From Euryarchaeota archaeon UBA86 (GTDB lineage Archaea; Thermoplasmatota; Poseidoniia; Poseidoniales; Thalassarchaeaceae), in contig DAQX01000029.1 in the NCBI GenBank assembly GCA_002503055.1, forward strand, positions 2,674 to 66,673: a stretch of 64,000 nucleotides of DNA, in the 5' to 3' direction. The translations under genes were made by a program, and so were the position numbers. Below are positions 37,228 through 47,032 of the stretch, piece by piece (the stretch's first letter is position 1; every line of letters starts with the position of its first letter). The notes beneath the pieces were generated by a model that had not been told where the DNA came from, searched no databases, and saw only the letters and a list, made by a program, of their open reading frames with translations.

Positions 37228-37626
37228 TTTCTTTCACCTTCGGGCCAAATCACGAATACTGTCTCATCTAGGTCCGGGAACAAGATGTGTCAGCCAACGT
37301 GGATGTCAAGCGAGGATGTTGGTGGTAATAAGACTGTCCGACAAGTTGGGAACTTGGTCGGGTTTTTCCTTTCCTATCAGTCATTATATTGGTAAGCAAA
37401 AGCATTGACATATGTAACTCCTATTTTCCTCTCAGTATAGCGTTTTTGTGATTATAATTCCGGTGTAAAAAATGCATCATTCGAGGTACTATATATGCAA
37501 ATATCTTCTTCATGTAAATGTCGCCGAATTAACTCTAAGATGATCTCCAAAAGTCACGAATTTGCAAATACTTAGAGTCCGAATCGATAATCAGAATTTT
37601 TCTATGTATAAACAAAGTTAATTTAA
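37228..37626. other. Candidate replication origin / long AT-rich non-coding region upstream of orc1
   Basis: ~400 bp with no credible ORF, and the 37381-37626 half is very AT-rich. Direct repeats are TGCAAATA (37496, 37563), TCACGAAT (37250, 37554) and TTTTCCT..TCAG (37364, 37424). Confidence 0.45.
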
Positions 37627-38421
37627 TTATAAATTTCTTTGCAACGAAGCCGAACCTTTTTCGTCAATCAGCAAGCAATCTCCATCCTCAATCTGAACTA
37701 TAGATTCGGGCAGTTCTGGCATTGGGAATCCTATCTCCTCGCCCCTAGCACTGGAGTAGTTGTGAGTTACCAATACTGTCGCGTGAGGATGTCTCTGAGA
37801 GAATGCAACTACATCAGATGGGGTGTGGTGGTGAGGACTTTCTACGAAATCGGGAATTCCCATTTCAAGCAGAACAACCTGGCATCTCGAGGCCCTTTTG
37901 TCAATCTCCTCGCACGGCCCCGAGTCACCGCAGTGCAGGAATCTGAATCCATTTGAATGAATTAATTCGTAGCCGTGTGGATCGGTCTGCTCTACATGCT
38001 CTACAGCAAATCTCTCGAATGACCAATCAGTATCTTCTAGAGTCCCTGTCTCAGATTCAGACCACAAGATTCTCTCGTCTAGAGAATCCTCAAGACTTCC
38101 TGGGAAACCCGTGTTACACAGGTTACTCAGCAACTCCTTCCCTCCGGGCCTGAGATGGACATTGAGTGTAGACTTGAAGTCGGGATCTGAGATGAACTTC
38201 CTTTCGAGTAAAAGGAAGGGGAATCCGAAGATGTGATCGGCATGCCAGTGCGTGATGAGAATATGCCTTAGTTCACTTGGAGAGATGCCACACCTCCTCA
38301 ACTGAGCGAGCACTGTTGGCGGTGTATCTACTAGAACACATCCATCCAGTAGGGCGAGCGCATGCATCCTGCCAGGAGGCATGAATGCGTTACCCGTGCC
38401 TAGGAAGTCTATGCGCGCCAT
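37627..38421 (-). CDS. Metallo-beta-lactamase-fold hydrolase
   Basis: HxHxDH motif (THWHADH). ATG at 38421 (MARIDFLGTGNAF). Confidence 0.8.
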   Translation of the reverse strand: MARIDFLGTGNAFMPPGRMHALALLDGCVLVDTPPTVLAQLRRCGISPSELRHILITHWHADHIFGFPFLLLERKFISDPDFKSTLNVHLRPGGKELLSNLCNTGFPGSLEDSLDERILWSESETGTLEDTDWSFERFAVEHVEQTDPHGYELIHSNGFRFLHCGDSGPCEEIDKRASRCQVVLLEMGIPDFVESPHHHTPSDVVAFSQRHPHATVLVTHNYSSARGEEIGFPMPELPESIVQIEDGDCLLIDEKGSASLQRNL

Positions 38422-38544
38422 GTGCCTCGATAGGGGACCCTGACTTGACCTCATCGCATTGAATCGGTTACTAGTTCCAGCCCCCTCTCAGCATTTGTTC
38501 ATAAACAGACCTTGTCTCGTCGGCTCGCCAACAGGGGAGTAATT

Positions 38545-39825
38545 ATGTCAGATTGGAGTGCTAAGAACCCCTACATCTCTAAGTTGAATGACAATCGGAT
38601 TCTAAATGGCAAAGGCTCCAGAAAGGAGACTAGGCACATAGTTTTCGATTTAGGAAAATCAGGATTGGAGTACAAGGCAGGTGACGCTCTAGGAGTAATT
38701 CCTCAGTGCCCCCCTGAGTTAGTCCAAGAACTACTGGACGCTTGTGGCTTCTCTGGAGGCGAAGAGGTAGAGACGCACCTGGGTGAATGCACTATCAGAG
38801 AGGCACTGACCAACAGGTACGAAATTCATAGGATAACAAAGAAGTGGATTGCAAATCTTGGAGATAGGCTAGCTTCTGACACACCGAATATTGAGATTAG
38901 GATAGTTGGTAGGAAGCGTGCCTCAACAGAAGATGGTGAGCTGCTGATGGATTGGAGCGGCTCGGGAGTCGACGACGATGTGCCTGATGGATATGTCGAA
39001 ATTGGCTCCGTAAGTGACCCTGCAGAAGAACTCTGGAACTCTATGATGGAGGATGCAGATGCCATGGAGGACTACATTTGGTCTAGAGACTATATCGACG
39101 GATTAACCGACTTCGGCCACATCGGATTCACTCCTCAGCAATTTGTCGATGGCATGGACAGACTCAAGCCTAGACTTTACTCAATCGCGAGTAGTCCTGA
39201 CTTCGAGCCGGGTACCGTTCATCTCACTGTGGCCATCGTCAGATACCACCACCATGATAGAGACAGAACCGGCCTTTGCACTGGATACTTGGCCGACCGC
39301 TGCGATGTGAATGATTCCGAGATTGGAGTATTCATGTCACCGACTCGTTCGTTCGTTTTACCAGAGGACGACTCGACTGACATAATTATGGTTGGCCCGG
39401 GAACTGGAATAGCTCCGTTTAGAGCGTTCCTTCAGCAAAGACAAGTGAACGGCTCGACAGGACGAAACTGGTTGTTCTTCGGAGACTGGACAGAGGAAGG
39501 CGAGTATCTCTATCGCGATGAAATGGAGGCTTGGACAGAGTCGGGACTGATTGACCGCCACGATCTCGCTTGGTCCCGTGCCGGCCCGGACAAGGTATAT
39601 GTCCAGCACCTGATGAAGAAGAATGGCGAGGAAATCTGGAATTGGATAGACAATGGAGCATACTTCTATGTCTGCGGCGACAAGAACTACATGGCCAGAG
39701 ATGTACACTCCACACTCATCGAAATCTGCTCACAATACGGCGGAATGTCGGAAGAAGATGCAAAGGAGTTCGTCGAGACCGGCCTGATGAAGACCGAGAA
39801 GCGATATCTGCGCGATGTATACTGA
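38545..39825 (+). CDS. CysJ/CPR-like FAD- and NADPH-binding reductase lacking the flavodoxin (FMN) domain
   Basis: RLYSIASSP (FAD), GPGTGIAPFRAF (NADPH) and a C-terminal ...YLRDVY. An acidic insert lies around residues 130-190. ATG 38545 sits behind AGGGGAG. Confidence 0.8.
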   Translation: MSDWSAKNPYISKLNDNRILNGKGSRKETRHIVFDLGKSGLEYKAGDALGVIPQCPPELVQELLDACGFSGGEEVETHLGECTIREALTNRYEIHRITKKWIANLGDRLASDTPNIEIRIVGRKRASTEDGELLMDWSGSGVDDDVPDGYVEIGSVSDPAEELWNSMMEDADAMEDYIWSRDYIDGLTDFGHIGFTPQQFVDGMDRLKPRLYSIASSPDFEPGTVHLTVAIVRYHHHDRDRTGLCTGYLADRCDVNDSEIGVFMSPTRSFVLPEDDSTDIIMVGPGTGIAPFRAFLQQRQVNGSTGRNWLFFGDWTEEGEYLYRDEMEAWTESGLIDRHDLAWSRAGPDKVYVQHLMKKNGEEIWNWIDNGAYFYVCGDKNYMARDVHSTLIEICSQYGGMSEEDAKEFVETGLMKTEKRYLRDVY

Positions 39826-39870
39826 CGACTCTCCGCATTGCTCATACAGCGTCTGCCGGAGCGCAACGAT

Positions 39871-41214
39871 ATGTTCCGCAGGGTGCTGATAGCGAATCGA
39901 GGCGAAATCGCACTTCGTATTCTCCGCTCTCTACGCGCGCTAGGAATAGAGGGAGTTGTAGTCCATGGGCGTGAAGACAGACTAACTCTGCCCGTCAGGA
40001 TGGCAGATGAAGGAGCATTCATCCCCCGCGATGACCCATTGGCATCCTATCTCGATATAGAAGCCGTAGTTGCCGCTGCCAAAGAGGTTGGAGCAGATGC
40101 TGTACACCCTGGATATGGATTCCTAGCCGAGAATGCTACTTTAGCGGAGAGACTCGCCGAGGAAGGAATCGTATTCATTGGACCTAGCCCGGGAGTTCTC
40201 AGATTATTGGGTGACAAAATCTCGGCAAGACATGCGATGGTCAAGGCCGGACTTCCTGTGGCCAAAGGTTCGGGTCAGCCAATCTCAGACGAGACAGAAG
40301 CCCTCAGTATGGCCAAAGAGATCGGCTACCCGGTGATGATCAAAGCAGCCGCCGGAGGAGGCGGCATTGGAATGCAAGTAGTGAACTCAGGAGATGAGTT
40401 CGAATCTGCTCTAAGATTGTGCCAAGGTAGAGCCCTCTCTGCTTTCGGGGACGATAGAGTATTCGTTGAGAAGTTCATTGAAGGTGCCCAACATATCGAA
40501 TTTCAGGTTCTAGGAGATGGAAACAAAGCAGTCCACTTCGGAGAGAGATTCTGCTCTATTCAGAGACGTCACCAGAAGATAATCGAGGAAGGTCCATGGC
40601 TCTCAGAAGAAGTTCGCGCAGAGCTTGGAGCCAAAGTAGTGGCCGGAGCAGAGGCCGTAGGATACAAGGGTCTGGCGACCTTTGAGTTTCTTCGAGATTC
40701 AAATGGAGAATTCTACTTCCTTGAGGTGAATCCACGAGTGCAAGTAGAGCACACCGTTACTGAGATGATTGCCGGGGTTGACTTGGTTTCCTTAGGAATC
40801 AAGGTAGCAGCAGGAGAACCACTACCTATCTCACAATCAGATATTCAAATCTCAGGACATGCCATTCAGACTAGAATTAACGCAGAGGATCCATTCACAC
40901 TCAAACCATCTCCTGGCAGAATCTGGGAATGTCATTGGCCAGGAGGGCCAGGAGTCCGAGTCGACACACACTCTCACACGGGCTATGACATGCCACCTTC
41001 ATTCGACTCTTTACTAGCGAAACTCATCGTTTGGGCACCTAATCGTGATGAAGCGTTAGCCAAGATGGATGCCGCTCTAGCAGAGACAATAATCATTGGA
41101 GTGGACACTCTAATTCCTCTTCACAGAGCAATAATGAGTGAGCCTGACTTCCGTAACGGAAATATCACCATTGCTTATCTAGATGAGCACCCGGGTATAC
41201 TTGATGGGGTGTAA
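39871..41214 (+). CDS. accC: Biotin carboxylase (ATP-grasp)
   Basis: RVLIANRGEIALRI, the ATP-grasp motif GYPVMIKAAAGGGGIGM and EVNPRVQVEHTVTE. Confidence 0.9.
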   Translation: MFRRVLIANRGEIALRILRSLRALGIEGVVVHGREDRLTLPVRMADEGAFIPRDDPLASYLDIEAVVAAAKEVGADAVHPGYGFLAENATLAERLAEEGIVFIGPSPGVLRLLGDKISARHAMVKAGLPVAKGSGQPISDETEALSMAKEIGYPVMIKAAAGGGGIGMQVVNSGDEFESALRLCQGRALSAFGDDRVFVEKFIEGAQHIEFQVLGDGNKAVHFGERFCSIQRRHQKIIEEGPWLSEEVRAELGAKVVAGAEAVGYKGLATFEFLRDSNGEFYFLEVNPRVQVEHTVTEMIAGVDLVSLGIKVAAGEPLPISQSDIQISGHAIQTRINAEDPFTLKPSPGRIWECHWPGGPGVRVDTHSHTGYDMPPSFDSLLAKLIVWAPNRDEALAKMDAALAETIIIGVDTLIPLHRAIMSEPDFRNGNITIAYLDEHPGILDGV

Positions 41215-42180
41215 ATGTTGAAACTCGTAATTCTAGGAAGTATAGGACTCGATGATATCGAGACCCCAGTTGACAGCGGCTCGGACCTACTAGGAGGAGC
41301 CGCCGCACACGCTGGAATCGCTGCAGGGTTCCATCTTCCGGTGACTCCCCAATCGTCACCAGAGATAGGACTGGTCAGTGCTGTAGGTACTGACTTTCCA
41401 TCCGATGCACAGACAACTTTAGAGAACTCAGGTCTGAATCTAGCAGGAGTCATCCGCAAGGATGGAAGCACATTTCGATGGTCGGGCCGATATGAGGGCT
41501 CTATGGACGATGTAACTACAATCTCTACTGAAGTAAATGTCCTCGAAGACCATATTCCTGAGATTCCGGCATCCTGGAAGAATCCGGAAGTCCTATTCTG
41601 CGCAAACACACACCCTCGTTCTCAAGTGGCGGTACTTGACCAGTGTCCGGGAGCAGTAATTACTGCACTCGACTCATTCATGCTATGGATTGAAACAGAA
41701 TTCGAACTTCTCTCCGAGGCACTTCGTAAGGTGGACCTAGCCATCCTCAATGAAGAGGAGGTCTGTGCCATTGCCGGAGATGATTTAGTTCACAATGCGG
41801 CAGCCAAGATTTCCTCAGGAGAGGCCCTGTATGGGGGCATAGCAGCAGGCCCTGGGCCTAGAGGAGTAATCGTCAAGAGGGGCAGAAGCGGTTCGGTTGC
41901 TTACCTCGATTGCGGCATCATCACTCTACCGGCATATCCAACAGATGAATTGGTTGATCCAACTGGGGCAGGCGACAGTTTTGCTGGAGGCCTATTATCC
42001 AATATCGCTGGCCGTAAGGGAGCTCTGAACCAACGCGACACTATGCGCGATGCACTTCTGCACGCGACTGTAACCGCATCATTCTCTGTTGAAGGATTAG
42101 GTGTGTCAGGCGTTAGTAATCTCGAACGAGGACGCTACCACGCCAGAGTCGACAAGTATCGCCGCATGGTCGGACTGTAA
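41215..42180 (+). CDS. pfkB-family carbohydrate/nucleoside kinase
   Basis: C-terminal DPTGAGDSFAGG signature. The start abuts the accC stop. Confidence 0.8.
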   Translation: MLKLVILGSIGLDDIETPVDSGSDLLGGAAAHAGIAAGFHLPVTPQSSPEIGLVSAVGTDFPSDAQTTLENSGLNLAGVIRKDGSTFRWSGRYEGSMDDVTTISTEVNVLEDHIPEIPASWKNPEVLFCANTHPRSQVAVLDQCPGAVITALDSFMLWIETEFELLSEALRKVDLAILNEEEVCAIAGDDLVHNAAAKISSGEALYGGIAAGPGPRGVIVKRGRSGSVAYLDCGIITLPAYPTDELVDPTGAGDSFAGGLLSNIAGRKGALNQRDTMRDALLHATVTASFSVEGLGVSGVSNLERGRYHARVDKYRRMVGL

Positions 42181-43875
42181 TCACTCAAGCCGCTTGATTC
42201 CAGGTAAAGGGTGAGGATCACTCTTCGAAGAAGTCCTCCTTAGTTGTGAGAATCTCAACCCCCTCTCTTCACTAATTCGGGAATTAACAGATTCTCTGTT
42301 TTCGCCGCTGGAAACCCTCCTAACCACACCATCGAGTGCTTCTTTGGCAGAGTGCGGTTGATTGCCCCTAGTTTCCCGGTTCATGATATCCGCTTGATGA
42401 TCTTGATCACTTCGCAGTCTGATATGTTGAGATGATTGGAAGTGAGCCTCGGAAACTTCGTCCGTAGCATCAGTGTCTCCATATTCGGAAGCATAAGTCT
42501 CAGAGCGGTTCCGAACTCTGTGTCCAGGGCCTATCAAAGCACCAATCCAACCCATTCTCTGTTTAGATGCCCTTCTTCTTCGACTGGAGTTTACTCTTCC
42601 ACTACCCATTGAACTGACGATTCGAGAAACTCCTGGGAATTCATTCAGACTGGCCGAATCAATTGCCTGACCACTACTCTTTCCATCAGTGAGTAAAGCC
42701 TGCTTCGCTCTTGCCTGTCTAACCACTCCGGGTTTACATTCTTCTCTTACTGCACTATGGTTAGGGGCAGGAAGTGAGCGAGCCATGAATGGCCCGACTT
42801 CTCCCAATTGGCCTTGAGCTCGCTTAATCATCTCTGAACTAGATGGACCTCTAGTTTCGATATTATGGTCTACAGCGCCAATGTAATTTTGTGTGATTGG
42901 ATAATCTTGGGCTGGAGTCACAGACTCGCTGGGCGGCGAGGTAGTTGGAGGTGAGTAGGACGATACTGAATCAACATCGAACATTCCACCCTCTCCGAAC
43001 ATGTCCATTCCTACGACAGCCTCATCGAGGGCCGAATCGATTCTAGATTCTCCTGCTGGCTTCTCCTCATACCATGATGGCGACTCCTCTCTGCCCCATG
43101 CTCTGGAATAAGCATCCCCTCCTGATTCAGAAACAGGGTCATCGAACATCATCATAGGTGATGGTTCTTCAGTTGGAGGCGGACTGGCAAAGAGATTGTT
43201 AGAGAAAGTTGGCATCGGTTCTGACTCATCCACTGAAAGAAACCCTGCCAATGGCGATGACTCGGACTCAGAAGACACTGCTAGTAATGGTTCTTCTACA
43301 GGCCCAATCTCTTGGATTTCAGGTGCCTCTAGAAGTCCCTTCAGATCTAGGACTTCACCCATGGCATCCCGGAGAGCCGGGTATGAGGGTAATTCCACAT
43401 CTATATGCTCCAAACCAGTTCTAGCCTCTTCTATTGTAGAGCCGCGGCCGACTCGGTCGACCATCATGCATAGTTTGAGCAGAACTCCTTCTGTGCCAGC
43501 GATGATATGCCTGTCACCAGCTTCTGTTTCTATTGCCAAGACGGAGGTCCTTGACAAGACATACCCCAAGAGAGTCAATGAACCAGCAGCAGTTGCAACT
43601 AGGGCGTAAGGAGGAAGCAGAACTTTGAGTCCAAGATAGATTGCCATTAGACTCAGTGGAACTGACCCGGAAGGGAATAATGGGACCTTCATGTGTCGCA
43701 TTCTAGAGATCGATCCGAGTGAAAGTCTGATGCCGTGGCCATCGTATCGTTCTAGAGTCAGCTGACGCCGTGTTAGAACAGCGACAAACTTCCCTCCAGA
43801 CCCGACCAAACTCAGATTGCCGAACAGTTCCGACCTCTCTTCATCCTGGCCGGGCGTTAGCCCGACAGAGTACAT
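42181..43875 (-). CDS. Hypothetical membrane protein with long Ser/Pro/Glu-rich disordered tail
   Basis: ATG at 43875 (MYSVGL). Two central TM helices are flanked by PH-like strand segments. The C-terminal ~350 aa is low-complexity. Confidence 0.6.
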   Translation of the reverse strand: MYSVGLTPGQDEERSELFGNLSLVGSGGKFVAVLTRRQLTLERYDGHGIRLSLGSISRMRHMKVPLFPSGSVPLSLMAIYLGLKVLLPPYALVATAAGSLTLLGYVLSRTSVLAIETEAGDRHIIAGTEGVLLKLCMMVDRVGRGSTIEEARTGLEHIDVELPSYPALRDAMGEVLDLKGLLEAPEIQEIGPVEEPLLAVSSESESSPLAGFLSVDESEPMPTFSNNLFASPPPTEEPSPMMMFDDPVSESGGDAYSRAWGREESPSWYEEKPAGESRIDSALDEAVVGMDMFGEGGMFDVDSVSSYSPPTTSPPSESVTPAQDYPITQNYIGAVDHNIETRGPSSSEMIKRAQGQLGEVGPFMARSLPAPNHSAVREECKPGVVRQARAKQALLTDGKSSGQAIDSASLNEFPGVSRIVSSMGSGRVNSSRRRRASKQRMGWIGALIGPGHRVRNRSETYASEYGDTDATDEVSEAHFQSSQHIRLRSDQDHQADIMNRETRGNQPHSAKEALDGVVRRVSSGENRESVNSRISEERGLRFSQLRRTSSKSDPHPLPGIKRLE

Positions 43876-44004
43876 CCCGAACACACCAGCGACTCTGATT
43901 GGCTATAACTGCTCGGGAAATTGAGCGCTTGGCCGAACCGCTTACGCGCACGCGTGAGAACAGCCACAGGCTTGAGAATCTGATATTATCAGAAAACAGG
44001 GGGC

Positions 44005-44481
44005 TTATTCCATTGCTTTTCGTGCCATACTGGCTCGATTCCACAGTTCCTTTTCCTCATCAGTTGTCGGAGTGAATTGTGGGATAGCGACTGGACGCTT
44101 ATTGGAGTCTACAGCCACCATGAAAAAGAAGCCAGAACAGATCTCTTCGCCCTCCCATTCAGAGCGCGATAGCCGGCATGAAATAACATGCACTCCCGCA
44201 GTGCGAGGAGAAGTCCAGACTACCTTCGAAGTAGTCCTGATGATATCTCCTTGGTAGGCCGGTCGGCGAAACTTGAGGGCATCGACTGATACAGTTACAA
44301 ACTCCTTGTGAGCGAACTTACTGGAGACCATGCCTGCCGCAGTATCCATTATCGACATCAAACGTCCACCGTACAGAGTATCCATCGAGTTTGTATCTCC
44401 TGGGAATACTTCGTTCAGCAGTACAACTGGCTCGAGAGAGTGAGGCTCAGACATTACTATCGATATGCCTCGAGAGTCCAT
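44005..44481 (-). CDS. Acyl-CoA thioesterase (hotdog fold)
   Basis: The YGGRLMSIMDTAAG motif is typical of YciA/Acot-type thioesterases. 158 aa. Confidence 0.75.
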   Translation of the reverse strand: MDSRGISIVMSEPHSLEPVVLLNEVFPGDTNSMDTLYGGRLMSIMDTAAGMVSSKFAHKEFVTVSVDALKFRRPAYQGDIIRTTSKVVWTSPRTAGVHVISCRLSRSEWEGEEICSGFFFMVAVDSNKRPVAIPQFTPTTDEEKELWNRASMARKAME

Positions 44482-44568
44482 CCCCCTTCAACCCTACATA
44501 CGCACAATCAGCGTAGAAACAGTTCTTCGACCGTTGTATTCAATCGAAAGCGACCCCTCGCAGGCCTC

Positions 44569-45369
44569 ATGATCAATGGCGAGTTACGTTGGGAAACCGT
44601 GGTTCTGGAGGACCCGATGGGCGGCCGAATTGTACTATGGCCACACCTGCCATGTGTTCGAATGCCGTCTTCATTGAGGTATCGAGGCAGATGGGAAGGA
44701 CTCGCTTTGTTATTCAGCCTCAGCGACTTGAGCGAATGGAGGCAAGATGAGAAGCAGGACAAGGAAAGTCCAGGTGTTCACATCGATGCTGCAATTGCCT
44801 CAGGTACAGTTCTCGGTAGGCTGATGAAGGACCTGAAGGAGTACAATGTTGACGGCCCCAAGATTCCCGACCCGGAGCAACTCAGACTTCTCCTACATGC
44901 AGACAATGCCAGAGGAGGTATGCCGATTTACGCAATCGAACCTGATTTGGACGATACCGATTGGATCGAATGGTTGGAGAGTAGCGCCGATAAGCAGGCT
45001 AGTATGTCCAATCTCCTATCCACTTTGACTACATCTAGGAGATGGAAGCAGAACAGGACTAGCGCTATTTCCAAAGTGACTAGGAACAATTCTGTAGATG
45101 CAGATTTGGGGGCAGCTGCAGCATCCTGTGCTGCTTGGTGGGTGGAGGAGCAGGGTGCTCTAACCGAGGAACTACTATCGCAGAGAAATACCCGATTTGC
45201 AGCAAGGTTACGAGGTTCTCTTGCCGATTTGATCAACAGCAGGGTTGATGATGCGGAAGCATCTGAATGCACCCTACTGGTACCGGTCCACCAAGCATGG
45301 CTGCCCTCTCTGGAGGCAGCAGTCGTGGCTTGGCCGGACCCTGAGCCAGTGAGTATGGAGGTGCGATAA
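44569..45369 (+). CDS. Hypothetical protein (weak TraB/GumN-like C-terminal pattern)
   Basis: The start is trimmed to ATG 44569, because the 44308 start overlaps the thioesterase and translates as R/H/S-rich junk. The C-terminal RNTRFAARLR...LLVPVHQAWL loosely resembles the TraB family. Confidence 0.5.
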   Translation: MINGELRWETVVLEDPMGGRIVLWPHLPCVRMPSSLRYRGRWEGLALLFSLSDLSEWRQDEKQDKESPGVHIDAAIASGTVLGRLMKDLKEYNVDGPKIPDPEQLRLLLHADNARGGMPIYAIEPDLDDTDWIEWLESSADKQASMSNLLSTLTTSRRWKQNRTSAISKVTRNNSVDADLGAAAASCAAWWVEEQGALTEELLSQRNTRFAARLRGSLADLINSRVDDAEASECTLLVPVHQAWLPSLEAAVVAWPDPEPVSMEVR

Positions 45370-45896
45370 TGGAGTCTTCCGGAATTTCAGTAAGTGTTGA
45401 GACACAGACCTTCAGATTCATTCCCTCCACTCCAATTTCACATCAAGAGGCGGTTTCATTAGCCGGAGGATCAGCTAGCGGCGCGTATGTTGTAATCAGC
45501 CATGAGGAACCTAGGGCTACCTTCGTTGTCGAGCCCAACGGCTCAGTTTTGGTGCATGGAATTGCTAGAGCCGAAGTAGCTAGACTTGCAGTCCAAGAAT
45601 TACTTCTTACTATGGGAATGTCAGATGACAACATCGGGATGGAATCCGGTGAGATGCTGATTAGATTCTCAATCGGAAGGGCTGTGTTGATGCCTCTGGC
45701 CGCTGATAGATTTGAAGGAATAGAGATGGATTCTAGACTAGGCGCGCTTAGAATAGATGCCTCCTTGCATAATTCACAAATTCTAATGTTCAACAATGGC
45801 CATGGAGTCGTCCTAGGCCAGACCTCGAAGAAGATCGCTGAGATGGCCGTGCGCCATTGGACCAAACTCCTAGACGAAGAGGGAGCACTGGCCTGA
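45369..45896 (+). CDS. Divergent two-repeat TBP-like domain protein
   Basis: Two internal repeats are present. One is ATFVVEPNGSVLVHGIARAEVARLAVQELL. The other is SQILMFNNGHGVVLGQTSKKIAEMAVRHWTKLL. They mirror the xLLIFSSGKxVxTGAKS...A repeats of TATA-binding protein. ~175 aa. The start overlaps the upstream stop (TAATG). Confidence 0.5.
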   Translation: MESSGISVSVETQTFRFIPSTPISHQEAVSLAGGSASGAYVVISHEEPRATFVVEPNGSVLVHGIARAEVARLAVQELLLTMGMSDDNIGMESGEMLIRFSIGRAVLMPLAADRFEGIEMDSRLGALRIDASLHNSQILMFNNGHGVVLGQTSKKIAEMAVRHWTKLLDEEGALA

Positions 45897-45897
45897 G

Positions 45898-46785
45898 ATG
45901 ATCATTGACGGCAAGTGGACTGGACCAATTGTAGACCAGCATATACACCTAGACCGCTCAGGCCATTTTCTTTCCGCAGCTGAGGAATTCTCTCTAGCTG
46001 GAGGTACTGGGATGATGCTTGTTCACAAGCCCGCAATTCGCGGAAATTTACCTACAGACTTAGACGGGTATCGTTCAGCCTATGCAGATACGCTTTCGAT
46101 GGCCGAAGAAGTCAGGAGTTCTGTTGGCCTCGAGGTCGGAGTTGTACTCGGCCCCCATCCTGTAGTATGGGAGCGTCAGATTGAATCACTCGGACATGAA
46201 AAATCAACTGAATTACATCTCGAAGCCGTAGGTCTTGCACTCGAACACATAGAAGCAGGAGAAGCCAACTGCCTAGGTGAGGTCGGACGCCCACACTATC
46301 CGGTGGATGATGATACTTGGGCATCAGCCACTGACCTACTGCTTGAGATAATGAGCATGGCATCTTCTAGTAAATGCTCTATTCAACTCCATGTCGAGAG
46401 TAATGGAGAGGCAACTTGTAGAGAGCTTGCAGGAATGTGTGACAAGACAGGATTACCTCGCGAGCGTGCAATCAGACATTATGCTCCGCCTGATGTTAGT
46501 GTCGAATTCACCCATGGTATGGCTGCAACTGTAAGCGTCGGTCAAGGCAGCATCGAGGGTCTAGCCAGCACCGCTAGTTTGCATTCATCTCCTTGGGGGA
46601 TGGAAACTGACTTCTTAGATGACTCAGACAGGCCGGGCGCAGTTCTAGGTCCGAAGACAATACCCAAGCGAACAAATGAGCTCTGTTCGGCATTGCTTCA
46701 AGAGGGCTGGGAAGACGACGATGTAACCCGTCTAATGAACTCAATTCACAGAGACTGGCCAGAGAGTCTGTACTCCATAACTTAG
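45898..46785 (+). CDS. TatD-related metal-dependent hydrolase
   Basis: N-terminal DQHIHLD and later HVES and H..P patterns of the amidohydrolase/TatD fold. It starts 1 nt after the upstream stop. Confidence 0.6.
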   Translation: MIIDGKWTGPIVDQHIHLDRSGHFLSAAEEFSLAGGTGMMLVHKPAIRGNLPTDLDGYRSAYADTLSMAEEVRSSVGLEVGVVLGPHPVVWERQIESLGHEKSTELHLEAVGLALEHIEAGEANCLGEVGRPHYPVDDDTWASATDLLLEIMSMASSSKCSIQLHVESNGEATCRELAGMCDKTGLPRERAIRHYAPPDVSVEFTHGMAATVSVGQGSIEGLASTASLHSSPWGMETDFLDDSDRPGAVLGPKTIPKRTNELCSALLQEGWEDDDVTRLMNSIHRDWPESLYSIT

Positions 46786-47024
46786 GCCTTTGACTCCAGC
46801 TTCTGATCCGGGAGTATGAACAACAACCCGCCAAGAGCAAACAGGAACAAAGTCAGGGCAAAGCCTTGGAATTCTCCAAGTGGGACTTCATATCCAATGC
46901 CAGAAAGACCCATTCTCCATAACGGCCCATTAATCGGCATGAATAGTAGCATTAGGGCAACGCCCAACTTCTGCCTTGCTCGCATAGCATCCCTATTACA
47001 CTCGCATAGATGAACCGAACGCAT
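46782..47024 (-). CDS. Possible small membrane protein
   Basis: 80-aa ORF with two hydrophobic segments. There is no homology signal and the start is uncertain. Confidence 0.3.
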   Translation of the reverse strand: MRSVHLCECNRDAMRARQKLGVALMLLFMPINGPLWRMGLSGIGYEVPLGEFQGFALTLFLFALGGLLFILPDQKLESKA

Positions 47025-47032
47025 ACCTAATC

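Noticed and set aside
37120-37408. 91-aa and 64-aa plus-strand ORFs spanning the orc1 5' end and the AT-rich spacer.
   Set aside because: One is antisense to orc1. Both have no RBS or homology signal, and the region is better interpreted as origin/promoter DNA.
44308-44568. Upstream extension of the 44308..45369 ORF.
   Set aside because: It overlaps the thioesterase gene on the opposite strand by ~170 nt and translates as low-complexity R/H/S/Y sequence. The start was moved to ATG 44569.
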